A stretch of DNA of 64,000 nt from positions 90,336,001 through 90,400,000 of the forward strand of contig NC_086097.1 in assembly GCF_963921235.1 (NCBI RefSeq). The letters run 5' to 3'. Source of the stretch: Mobula hypostoma (Eukaryota). Positions within the stretch are counted from its first letter, which is position 1. The number at the start of each line of letters is the position of its first letter. This document shows, in pieces, positions 51,841 through 64,000 of the stretch. The notes beneath the pieces were generated by a model. It saw only the letters and a list, made by a program, of their open reading frames with translations, had not been told where the DNA came from and searched no databases. The position numbers and the translations under genes are program-made.

Positions 51841-54800
51841 CTACGGAGAAGAGATGAGAAAACATTTCTTCAGCCAGAGGGCGATGAGTCTGTGGAATCC
51901 ATTGCACAGACGGCTGTACAGGCCAAGTCACTGGGCATATTTAAGGTGAAGGATGATAGGCTCTTGATTAATCAGGGCATCAAAGGTTATGGGGAGAAGG
52001 CAGGTGAATGGGATTGAGAGGGCTAATACATCAACCGTGAAGGAATGGCGGAGCTGACTCGATGGGTTGATTGGCCTAATTCTGCTCCTATGTCTTATGG
52101 TCTTATTAACAGATCCCTGTGCAACACCACTAATCACTGACCTCCAGGCAAAATCCTCTAAATTTTTATTACAGTATTCCCAAAACCACAGCATACTAGT
52201 GAAGCTAACTCTCACAATCTCTGGACAACCTCTTCCTCTCAATGTCACAAGTTGCAGAAAAAGTGCCTGCTTTTAAGTTGACACCACCAGCTCAGCTGCA
52301 GTTTGCAGCCAAGTCTGAAAATATGTCATGGTTTAAATTCCCACTACAGGCACACAAACAGAAGAGCCAGGCTGCCAATTTAGCGAAGTACTAAGGGCGT
52401 GTCAGAAATGCCATCAGTTGGAAAAGACGCCAATATAAAGAAACAAAAGCAGGCTATGAGGCTCTCTGAACCTACTGCAGCAGCCAACAAAATCAATACT
52501 GATCTACCCAATGCAGTCACGTGCCCAAAATCCATCGATCTCATCTGCACACGCAGCAGCTCTGCTCCTGCAGTTGGGACACAGAATTCCAAAGATTTGC
52601 AACATACTCCGCAAATTTACCTCCCCTCATCCCAGTCTTAAATAGCTCTGTATCCCGTTAGTTCTGGACTCAGCAGCCAGAGGAAACAGCATCCCAGCAC
52701 TCGACGTGTGAAAACCCTCTCAGAACATTCATTCTCCCATTGGGGCCATCAGTCACTCTGAGGTTACAGTGAATGTGGGTCAGATCTCTCCATCCTCCTC
52801 TGGCGAGATAGGTCAGTATCAGACACCAACAACTCCACCCGCTCCAAGATCAGCATGTCATCATCAGATACAAGAGACCAAACCGCACATGGGCCTATAC
52901 AACAGCCCCACACAACCTCAGTGTGGCTTTAACAGCTTGTACACCCTAGTAATGAAAGTCAGCATACCATTAATCTTCCTAAATAGTTACTGTGCCTGTA
53001 CGTCTAATTTACCACCTCCTTAATCAGTTCACCCACATTTCTCTCATTTTCCCATTCTTAACTCTATCTGCCATCTCTTATTTCACCTACCAATGCCCTT
53101 TAGAGAGATGACCTCCCTCACAGGTTACTTTCTCCACCTACATCAGTTTCGTCAGCGAGCCTGGATAAACGACACCGCCTCTTGATCTGTTAGTTGTGCA
53201 AACTGTCAACAGCGGGAGGGCCAGGTGTTCCTTGTGGCACCCCAATAGTAACAGTTTTCCCACTGAAAAAGGCCTGTTAATTACCTGCCCTTCCAATAAT
53301 TACCTACAATCCCACAGGCCCTTAAACAGAGGTCCAGGCTTCCCTCTCTACCTGATATAGAAGGCCCTCTTTAAAAGGTAGCTGTCAAGGGTACTCTCTC
53401 CAATTATACAGACAGATTAATTTGGCAATGCTGTGTGAGAGAGTGCAGAGTACAGGAGTCACCAGTAACCATTTGAAATGAATAGTCCGTTGTGCTTTCT
53501 TAATCTCAGAATTCCAGCGAGGGAGCAGGGAAGTTTGCCCAATTGTTAAAATGAATAAACCAACTTGCATCAATAATCACTGCTATATCAACATTACTGA
53601 ATGGATTTCAGAGAACTTGCTGGCTTCTACATTTACATATTATAGCTTATTCGTGTGGATTCCTAAAGTTCTCAGAAAAGGAAAGAATATAAAAGTCAAG
53701 GCAAACCAGAGGATGCATTGGGTTTAAAACTAATCCCCCCCCCCCATCCAGTTGTTCTTAATTAGTCTTGGCCAGACTACTGTACGAAACCTCCCTCTCC
53801 ATTAGACATCCAAGGTAGTCACTATGGACAATGCAGCCCAGAGCACAACAGCCTGAAACTGTTGTCAGCAGCAAACAGACTGCAGGAGGAACTCAGCAGA
53901 CTGAACAGGGATAAAGGAATTGTCAACGTTCCAGGTCAGAATGGGGCAGCATTTAACTATTACTGCACCAGTGAGCCAGGCTCAATTCCACTGCTGTCTG
54001 TAAGGAGTTTGTACGTTCTCCCCATGACCTCAAGATGCTTTGGTTTCCTCCCACATTCCAAAGACTCATGGGCTAGTAGGTCCATCGGTCACAAGGGTGT
54101 AATGGGGTGGCGTGGGCTCGCTGGGCCGCATAGGTCTGTTACCGTGGTGTATCTCTAAATAAACAAAATATGGAACTGGAGGTCCTCCTTTCCACCACCC
54201 ACACACACACAGATGCTGCTCAATCCTCTGAGGTCACCAAGATTTTGGTTGCAGCATTTGCAGTCTCGTGTCTTTCTAAACTGCTCCCAGATTGTTAAGA
54301 GAGAGAAAAGAGATGTGAGAATGTATATCTTTGTTTCAACAGCATTATGTGCCCACCCTTGGCAGGCTTGATGGAATATCAAGTTATTTCACCAAACTCA
54401 TCCCATACCTGCCCAGGAACACCAGTCTGTATTGAGAGAGTTTTACCCTATTCCAACCACATGCTTTCCAGCTGCTGGAGTAATTTGCTGTTATAATGCA
54501 ATTGGGAGATTATATTAACTGTCCAGGAACCACATAAAGCAGGCAAAATAACTGTGCCTATGGAGAGGAATAAACAGTTGATGTTTCGGGCCGAGACCTT
54601 TAATCAAGATGCTGCCTGAGCTGCTGAGTTCCTCCAGCATTTTGTGTATGGAGTTCATTTCAAGCATCGTGTTCATGTTCATAACTATGCCTTCCTCTCA
54701 TGCTGGCTGTCACAATATCAAACTTTACTGGGATGTCCACTGCGGGAAAAATCCTTCAGTTTCAAAGAAAGCCACAAAAAGGAACCAAGAGCCAGTCCCA

Positions 54801-55759
54801 CGCGATTTGGCCTCGGTGGCATTTACCCCTCAGTGCAGAACTGAGCACAATTCATAGGGTGTAGGCATCTGACATTGCCCCAGGCCAGCTATGCTGTGGG
54901 CTGTATTCAGCTACTGATGGAAGAAATGTGAATGAAAGCTTTATGCTGGGTAAAGAAGGGACAATGTCTCCTAGGGGTCCTGTCCAGATCCTGTGCACTC
55001 TAACACAGACACTGGACCACAATAAGGAAGTAACAGAAAATGTAATGAACAGCCCATTTGTCCAGCCCAGACTGTGCAGGCTGATTACACAAGCTTAACC
55101 CTGGCCCTTTCTCTCCAATTCCCCTCACCAGAACACACTCTGGCAATGTACTCTTAAATACTAGCACAGTGTCTGCTGCAAAATACGGCTCACCACACCA
55201 CAATACTACAGTTCCTCTGCCCTAGTTACTTGATAGTTAACACTAGCATTCAATGCCCTTTATTCCATATCCACTTCTCTTTTTTTAGTCCTGAACAAGA
55301 CTGTCAATTCACCAGCTTCCCCTGTAAAAATTTCCCCTTTCTCTCCCTCCAAGTCATTCTTCTGCATACCAGACAAAACTTCCTTAAAACTTGTGTGTGT
55401 GTTTCTCTGTTCACACAGGGTAACTCGATGCAGGCCGTTAATCAGGCGTTGTGTCAGAAAAGCGATACTTCGAGCTCCCGAAAGTATCCCACTCTCGCAA
55501 TGACTGTTCCATCTTTGGACTTCTCCCCTGTGTCTTGCTGAAGTAGGCGCATCAGAAACCAATTCATCTGTTTAGCCCAGAGGTACTATCCACGTGTCTG
55601 AGTGGCTTCAGTTGTAGAAATTCAGCCACTTAACATTCAAAGGCTAAATATCGCAACCTGATATAATCTGCACTGATGCTAGGTTCCTTGGGGGGTGGAG
55701 GGTGGGGGGTGGGGGGGTGTTCCATCGGGCAGCACAGTGCACAGCTTCAACTACTCAGG

Positions 55760-56430
55760 TTGGTAATTGGCTTACTATTGTCACATGTACAGTGAAAACA
55801 TTTGTCTTGCATGCACTCCATGTGGATTATTTCAAAACATTAGTACATTGAGGCTGTCACAATTATAGAGAAAGTGCAATGCAGGTAGACAGGGTGCAAA
55901 GTTCATGGCAAGGTAGACCATGAGGTCAAAAGTTCATCTTTATCAAACAAGATGTCCATTCAAGAGTCTTACAACAGTGTGGTACAAAAAGCCATCCTCG
56001 AGCCTGGTCTTGTACGTTTAAGTTTTTGTATCTTCTGTCTAATTTGGAGGGGTGGATGAAAAGGGAAGCAGTTTGGGTGAATGAAAGTGAATTTCCAGGG
56101 TGGGAAGAGCCTTCGATTATGCTGGCAGCTTTTCCAAGACAGGATGAAGTGTAGTTCGACCCCGTGGAGGGGAGGCTGGTATTCATGATGGACTGAGCTG
56201 TGTCCACAACTCTCTATGATTCCTTACAGGCCCTGGCACAGCAGTTGGCATCCAAAGCTGTGAGACATCCGGATAGGATGCTTTCTGTGGCACATTTATA
56301 AACAGTTAGTGAGGGCGAGCAGGAACCTGCCGATTTTACTTAGCCTTCTGAGGAAGTAGAGGCACTGGTGTACTTCGTTAACCATGCAGTCTCCCTGGTG
56401 ACAAGCTGTTGATGATGTTTACACCTCAGA
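55760..56430 (-). mobile_element. Rex1/Babar-like LINE 3' fragment
   Basis: DTAQSIM.TSLPS..CLGKAASII remnant. Similar pieces at ~3505-3800 and 15770-16050. Confidence 0.65.
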
Positions 56431-56929
56431 ACTTGAAGCTAGTAACCATGATCACCTCAGCACCCACTGGCTCAATCCTAACATCGGGTGCAGCACGAGT
56501 GTGGAGATGGCACATGTTCCCCATGCCATCTGTTTCCCCAGAATGCTCCCAGGGTTCCTCCCACACCCTTGTGACTATTGCCTCGCCCACCAGCAGCTGA
56601 CACCGGCCAAACAACAATGGGGCTCGCTCATCCACAGGGCATTGAAGAATTCAGTCATACTGATTCTCGGGATTAAATTTAGCTCTGCGAAAAAAAAACT
56701 GTTTATAACAGTGAGCAGACCCGGAATGTGTTCATGTGGCACAACTCTGACAGAACTATTGGATCATATGGTTTAAATAGTCCAACAACGTCCAATAAGA
56801 GAGACAAACAGTGCACTTTGAGAGCTGCTGTGTTGCCAGCAGGAATTTCTAGTCTTTGCAATCCTCCTCTCAGCAAATCCAAAAGTTGACTTGAGAATAT
56901 CAATGCTTCGAGTGTTTAAGGATAGCTTC

Positions 56930-58000
56930 CCATCGTCACACGCCGAGACCAGCTGTCGAGGCCGACACCGGGTTAGCTGCTCAGTCCAATAGCGGGATTT
57001 AGTGATCACGGCTGGTCTTGCATTCAATACCACACATGTTGCATAATGTCTCTGAACCGCGCAGGGAATAAGTTAAAACAAAGGGGGCCCACGCACAGCA
57101 CTGAAGGTGTGTCTGTGAGCTCTGTGGGAACTATTAGGAAACACAAGGGGAAATTGGATCCAGGAACGGGTTCCGGTTGCAGTCGGAAAGAAAGTTTTAA
57201 AAAAAGTTTCTCAACCGGAGCTTTTCAGTTTGACTGGCATAACATACAACACCCTTCAAAACGCGCAGATACACACTCTTATGTCAACAAACGCGCTGGC
57301 CTCCAGCAGTTTACTTAATTTGGTGTGGTTGTAAAAGATTAAGGAAACGTCGTTTCAAAATGCATTTCGAAACACTGCGGGGTTCAAAAGCAAATCAGCC
57401 CTCTCAAACCGAGTTAATGTAGCCCAATGTGAAGTTTTACGTTTTAACTAAATATCACAAAGGGCCCGGTTACACCAATATTGTCACCCTCTTCTCTTCC
57501 AGCCACTCCCCCCCCCCACCCCACCCCACCCCAAACAGGACGATATCTGCGGACACACACACAGCTAATATTGAATTCGTGTCACTCCTCAGTTCTTCTG
57601 TAACAGCAACCCGGAAAGAGCAACGACCATGGTTAGAACTGAAACCCCAGACTGAGCTGAAAGTGACAAAGGAAGGCCGTGAAGAAGGAAGAGAATACTC
57701 ACCCCAAAGGAAAGCGATCACTTTAATTGCAGATTAGGACGACATTCACATTGTATCCATCCCAAGCATCGCTGCGTCCCGGGGAAGGAGCCGTAAATCC
57801 GCTTTCAAAATGTATGATCCGAGGGAAAGATCGCGTATCGGGATTCCAAAATGTATCCGAGCGCCAGCGTAACTCAGCAGAGGCCGTATTTCCTATGGCT
57901 AATGTATCCAATCGCACCTTCACTGTTCACTTCCTCCTCCAAGGATCTCTCAGCAACTACGTTCGTCACAGCTCCCACCAATGAGGAGCCAGGGTCAAAT
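56930..58000. promoter_or_regulatory. Putative SUSD6 promoter / first-intron regulatory region
   Basis: Elevated CpG relative to flanks, CCAAT motifs, ETS/PU.1-like GAGGAAGTGAA (minus, ~57926-57936), no recognisable TE. Confidence 0.45.
57703..57900 (-). other. SUSD6: Candidate non-coding first exon of SUSD6 (5' boundary uncertain)
   Basis: Strong donor GGG|GTGAGTAT at 57702, in a locally CpG-retaining, repeat-poor block (~56.9-58.0 kb). The ATG exon has an acceptor and so needs an upstream exon. Stops occur in all three frames. Confidence 0.5.
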
Positions 58001-58289
58001 CGGTCATGTTTTGGACTTGCAGACTTAAAGGGACAACCCCCACTTCATTTATTAAGAGGGCATTCTTGCTCTTCAGACCTAAAGACTTGCTTACTGTGAA
58101 TGAGTGAATGGCAAGCAGTGAGGTTACCCTGAAAAATCAAGAAAGAGTAAATGCTGGAAGTCTGAAAGAAAAACCAGGAAGCTCTGGAAAGGGAAACAGA
58201 GTCAACGTTTCAAGTCGAAAACCTTTTAGCTTGTAGAGAATTTGTGAGCGGGACAGTGCTGTCTATCTAATATTTAAAAATATTTGAGA

Positions 58290-59990
58290 AATCTCATGTG
58301 TTTGTTGTCTTGTCACTCTGACACGTGACTCGTGCGTGCCCCGCTTAAACTAAAGACGAAGTTGCACCTGTATTTTCACACTCCCGTGTCTTTCTTTGAA
58401 TTTGTTTAATGTTTTGAAGTTACGAAACATGGCAACGAGGTTTTTTTTAAAAAACAAACCCGGGATGGCTGCTGACTTGTTAAAGCGGAGAGAGACGTTC
58501 CACCTAACAAAAACGGAGATGGAAACGGTCGAGTTACAAAAAACATGTGTTCTTCGGACACATGATCGAGTTTCCAAAAAAAAAGGCCGTAAATGGAGGA
58601 ATTCGAGGTTCATAGAGTGTGCACTCATTTAAAAAGCAGAAATGGCCGGCTACGTTAGAAAGACCAATGAGCTTGATTACACAACGTGCTATTGGCTCAT
58701 ATATACTGAGTTATTGGAAAAGTATTAATGAAATAGCTATTGAGAAGTGACTGCTAATTTTGCTGAGTTCATTGGGTTTAAAGGCATACAATTTGCTGAG
58801 TTCATTGGGTTTAAAGGCATACAATTTGCTTCAACCTTTGACTTCTCCAACTAAACCATCAGAAATGAGTTTTTAAAACGCAAACACGAGGAAATCTCCA
58901 GATGCTGGAATTTCAAGCAACACACATAAAAGTTGCTGGTGAACGCAGCAGGCCAGGCAGCATCTCTAGGAAGAGGTACAGTCGACGTTTAAGGCTACTA
59001 TTATATAAGTGATGCAGGAATGCTTAGAACAGAGGCCATTGTTGATTACAGAATACTTTCTGAATCGAAGAGGTTGTCTGATCATTGTCAGTTCAGTGAT
59101 GGGCTTAACGATGCACTGAGAGATCATTTAGTTTGTGGAATCTTAAAAGAAAGCATTCAAAAATGGTTCCTAACTGAAGCACAGCTACCATTCAAAAGAG
59201 CAGTGGCATTCACTGTTTCAATGGAAACTGCAGACAACCACAATTGAGTTGCAGTCAGGAATGAAAGTGAGAGTGAATAAAATTGCAGCGTCTGAACAGA
59301 AACCAGCCTGGCCAAACAGATTGTGTTATCGTCGTGGTAGGAGCTCAGATGCACCAGACAAATTCAGACGTAAAGATAAAACTTGCAGAAAATGCAAGAA
59401 AGTAGGACAAATAAAAAGAACACACTGGGCACAGAGAAGAGAGAAAAAGATAAACAGTCAAACTGCAGTTTGAAAAAGAGCATTATTCTATATACTGTTG
59501 ATGAGCTATCTGATAATGATGAGAGTGACACAGGACTGTGTTGCAACATACATAAAATGATGAAGGAACTCAGCAGGCCAGGCAGCAGATATGGAAAAAA
59601 AAATTATTTTCTCTGCTGCCTGACTTGCTGAGTTCCTCCAGCATTTTTGTGTGTGTTGCTTTGATTTCCAGCATCTGCAGATTTTCTCTTGCTTGTGACA
59701 GGGACTGTGTAGCCTTGAGATTTACAGTGTGAAAATTAATAATAGACTGGCACTAAGGCTTATGTGAGAAGTGAACAGCATATTAATTAAAATTGAATTA
59801 GACACTGGTTCGGCTGTTTCAGTCATCCCACAAAATAAGTTTGAACAGCATTTCAAAGATAACAAACAGAAGCCTACGAGGAACTTAAACTAGAGAAAAG
59901 GTAATTGCTGTGGGAATAACATCTCTAACAGTGAAATACAACAACCAACAAGCCATATTGAGCTTGTATGTGGTAAAAACAGAAAGGTCA
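58290..59990 (+). mobile_element. Gypsy/Ty3 LTR retrotransposon relic (LTR end, PBS, gag, protease)
   Basis: ...ACA|TGGCAACGAGG PBS-like junction (~58430). Gag remnant RLSDHCQFSDGLNDALRDHLVCGI, degenerate zinc knuckles, and aspartic protease IELDTGSAVSVIP (~59790-59830). Confidence 0.85.
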
Positions 59991-60622
59991 GCATTGTGCA
60001 TGCGTGTGTGTGTGGGTGGGGGGCGGTGATTGAGACAAGTAAACTTGACTTAGGGTGAGGAGTTGTATTCCATTGAACAAATCGAAGCTCATGATCCAGG
60101 GTGGCACACTGTCTTAGTGGTGCCATCTTCTGGATAAGGCATTCGAATTCTGAGGTAACGTAAAAGACTTCTTGATGGCTTTTTGTGAACAAGGAGAGGG
60201 GAGATATCTGCAGAGGCTGATCCCTCAGTCAAAGTCATTTGAGAACAGAGTCTGCACACTAGTTCTCAGCTCTGCATGAGAATGTGCTGGGTGCAAAATG
60301 GCTGCCACGTTTTCCTGTGTTGCAACAGGCTTTAGATGTTAATGACATTTTTACATCCCACTTTGGAAATATTCTTCATTGCTGTGGGGAGAAGTGTGGG
60401 GTGCCTTACCCTATCTTTCAAGATGGATTGAAGAGAACTATTATGTTGATGGCTTCATCTATTTTATAGCAGTACAGGATACATCGTTCCCCTGTCTACT
60501 GATGAGAATTTTATATGTCCCCTCTTACTCTACTGAACTGCAATGGATTCAATCCTGTCCAACATTCACTCCCAAGACAAACCACCCAGGTTTTGGGCTG
60601 GTAAATCTTCTCTGAACTCTTT

Positions 60623-62835
60623 AGAAACATAGAAACATAGAAAATAGGTGCAGGAGTAGGCCCTTCGGCCCTTCGAGCCTGCACCGCCATTCAGTATGAT
60701 CATGGCTGATCATCCAACTCAGAACCCTGTACCAGCCTTCCATCCATACCCCCTGATCCCTTTAGCCACAAGGGCCATATCTAACTCCCTCTTAAATATA
60801 GGCAATGAACTGGCCTCAGCTGTTTCCTGTGGCAGAGAATTCCACAGATTCACCACTCTCTGTGTGAAGAAGTTTTTCCTAATCTCAGTCCTAAAAGGCT
60901 CCCCCCTTATCCTCAAACTGTGACCCCTCGTTCTGGACTTCCCCAACATCGGGAACAATCTTCCTGCATCTAGCCTGTCCAATCCCTTGAGGATTTTATA
61001 CGTTTCAATAAGATCCCTCCCCAATCTTCTAAATCCCACAGAGTATAAGCCTGGTCGATCCAGTCTTTCATCATATGAAAGTCCTGCCATCCCAGGAATC
61101 AATCTGGTGAACTTTCTTTGTACTCCCTCTATGGCAAGAATGTCTTTCCTCAGATTAGGGGACCAAAACTGCACACAATACTCCAGGTGTGGTCTCACCA
61201 AGGCCTTGTACAACTGCAGTAGTACCTCCCTGCTCCTGTACTCGAATCCTCTTGCTATGAATGCCAGCATACCATTCGCCTTTTTCACCACCTGCTGTAC
61301 CTGCATGCCCACTTTCAATGACTGGTGTACAATGACATCCAGGTCTCATTGCACCTCCCCTTTTCCTAATCGGTCACCATTCAGATAATAAGCTGTTTTC
61401 CTGTTTTTGCCACCAAAGTGGATAACCTCACATTTATCCACATTAAATTGCATCTGCCATGAATTTCCCCAGTCACCTAACCTATGCAAGTCACCCTGCA
61501 TCCTCTTAGCATCCACCTCACAGCTAACACTGCCGCCCAGCTTTGTGTCATCTGCAAATTTGGAGATGCTGCATTTAATTCCCTCATCTAAGTCATTAAT
61601 ATATATTGTAAACAACTGGGATCCCAGCACTGAGCCTTGTGGTACCCCACTAGTCACTGCCTGCCATTCTGAAAAGGTCCCGTTTATTCCCACTCTTTGC
61701 TTCCAGTCTGCCAACCAATTCTCTATCCACATCAATACCTTACCCCCAATACCATGTGCTTTAAGTTTGCACACTAATCTCCTGTGTGGGACCTTGTCAA
61801 AAGCCTTTTGAAAATCCAAATATACCACATCCACTGGTTCTCCCCTATCCACTCTACTAGTTACATCCTCAAAAAATTCTATGAGATTCATCAGACATGA
61901 TTTTCCTTTCACAAATCCATGCTGACTTTTTCCGATGATTTCACCGCTTTCCAAATGTGCTGTTATCACATCTTTGATAACTGACTCTAGCATTTTCCCC
62001 ACCACCGATGTTAGGCTAACCGGTCTATAATTCCCCGGTTTCTCTCTCCCTCCTTTTTTAAAAAGTGGAGTTACATTAGCCACCCTCCAATCCTCAGGAA
62101 CTAGTCCAGAATCTAAAGAGTTTTTTGAAATTATCCCTAATGCATCCACTATTTCTTGGGCTACTTCCTTAAGCACTCTGGGATGCAGACCATCTGGCCC
62201 TGGGGATTTATCTGCCTTTAACCCCTTCAATTTACCTAACACCACTTCCCTACTAACATGTATTTCCTTCAGTTCCTCCATCTCACTGGACCCTCGGTCC
62301 TCTACTATCTCCGGAAGATTATTTATGTCCTCCTTAGTGAAGACAGAACCAAAGTAATTATTCAATTGGTCTGCCATGTCCTTGTTCCCGATAATCAATT
62401 CACCTGTTTCTGTCTGTAGGGGACCTACATTTGGCTTAACCAATCTTTTTCTTTTCACATATCTATAAAAGCTTTTACAGTCAGTTTTTATGTTCCCTGC
62501 CAGTTTTCTCTCATAATCTTTTTTCCCCTTCCTAATTAAGCCCTTTGTCCTCCACTGCTGAACTCTGAATTTCTCCCAGTCCTCAGGTGAGCCACTTTTT
62601 CTGGCTAATTTGTATGCTTCTTCTTTGGAATTGATACTATCCCAATTTCCCTTGTCAGCCACGGGTGCACTACCTTCCCTGATTTATTCTTTTGCCAAAC
62701 TGGGATGAACAATTGTTGTAGTTCATCCATGCGATCTTCAAATGCTTGCCATTGCATATCCACCGTCAACCGTTTAAGTATCATTTGCCAGTCTATCTTA
62801 GCTAATTCATGTCTCATACCTTCAAAGTTACCCCC
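60623..62835 (-). mobile_element. CR1-clade LINE, young, 5'-truncated ORF2 (RT)
   Basis: ORFs 61346-62662 and 60719-61318 are in the same frame, split by one TGA. Motifs KSPGPDG, NYRPVSLTS, YLDFQKAFDKVPH, GVPQGSVLG, KFADD. 3' tail is (TTTCTATG)n. Confidence 0.97.
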
Positions 62836-64000
62836 CCAACAGTTTACAGTGCAATAGTGCCCATAAGACATAGGTGCAGAATGAGGCTACTCAGCCCATC
62901 GAGTCTGCTCTGCCATTCCATCATGGCTGATAACGGATTCCACTCAACCTCTTACACCTGCCTTTCCGCTGTATCCTTTGATACCCTGACCAATCAGTAA
63001 ACTATCAACTTCTGCCTTAAATATACTCACCCTCCACCACAGTCTGTGGCAGAGCATTCCACAGATTCACTAATTCCCGGCTAAAAATATTCCTTCCTCC
63101 CTCAGTTCTAAAAGTTCGCCCCTCAGTTTTGAGGCTGTGCCCTCTAGTTTTCGATACCCCCCCAGAATAGGAAAGCTAATGTCCATATCCACCCTATCTA
63201 GTCCTTCCTTAAATTCCAGTGCTCTTGTATTTTCCACCGTATTTGCCAGTAATGGAAGCAAGAGAGTTGTTTTGGAGAGACTGCAGATCCTGGGAATCCC
63301 AAGAAACAACAGACAAATGCTGGAGGAGCTCAACTGATCACACAAGATCTGTGGAAAGGAGTGAAGAGTCGATGTTTCGGGCTGAAACTCTTCATCATTG
63401 GCCTGAAACATCAACTCTTCATTTCTCTCCATAGACGCCACCTGACCTGTTGCGTTCCTCTAGCATTTTGTGTGGGATACATACAAAGGGTCTGCAAAAA
63501 GAACCAAAGGAGCATCCCTCCTCACAAACCTGCCCCCTCTCTGAAAGAATGTGTAGATTCCACATCCACTTCAGAACCTGAGACGATGCAAGTCACCTTC
63601 AATCCCAAATCATCGGCAGTCGCAGGTCAACTTCAGTCCACAGGGACAGCCAAAGAAGAAGAATTAATATAACCACTGCACATTGATTGCTTCTAGTCCT
63701 GATGAAAGAATGTAGACCTGAAAATTATACTTGACTTCTACCTTCTTAGATACTTCTCAGAAGCTTTATGGATGTTTTCAAAAACTGAATTCCCTAAATG
63801 AGTCAGCAGGCAAGTTCACCACCTTGCGTGATGCACAATTGTGAAGAACTGGATTCACTTTCTGACCTGTGAGATCTTAAATGTGGAGCTTCCCCGCCCC
63901 CGTACAAAGAAGTGGGGTTTGGATTGGCATTCAGAGAGGTCCCAGCGATCAAGGGCAGTCACTTGATTCTTGCTTGGTTCTCATCCAATCTAATCAAAAA

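Overview
This is vertebrate genomic DNA, most likely from a cartilaginous fish (ray or shark), judged from the CR1, V-SINE, Penelope and Rex1/Babar repeat content. The window holds one complete protein-coding gene on the minus strand, SUSD6 (KIAA0247/DRAGO). I reconstructed five phase-consistent coding exons with GT-AG boundaries: 45884-45983, 11476-11673, 5682-5820, 4262-4662 and 3198-3223. They total 864 nt and encode 287 aa: signal peptide, one sushi/CCP domain, a TM helix, an LPSY (PY) motif and a C-terminal acidic dileucine. There is a ~2.6 kb 3' UTR and a probable non-coding first exon near 57.7-57.9 kb. The rest is TE-rich intron and upstream DNA: CR1 LINEs (one young, near-intact), Rex1/Babar fragments, tRNA-SINEs, a Gypsy relic, hAT, Harbinger and Tc1 non-autonomous elements, and Penelope-derived elements. 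The most notable signals are an intact minimal hammerhead-ribozyme motif on the sense strand of the SUSD6 pre-mRNA, a fold-back Penelope insertion, and a PU.1-IRF composite site beside two strong unused splice donors. I found no clearly novel multi-gene system; most six-frame ORFs are TE debris or chance ORFs.
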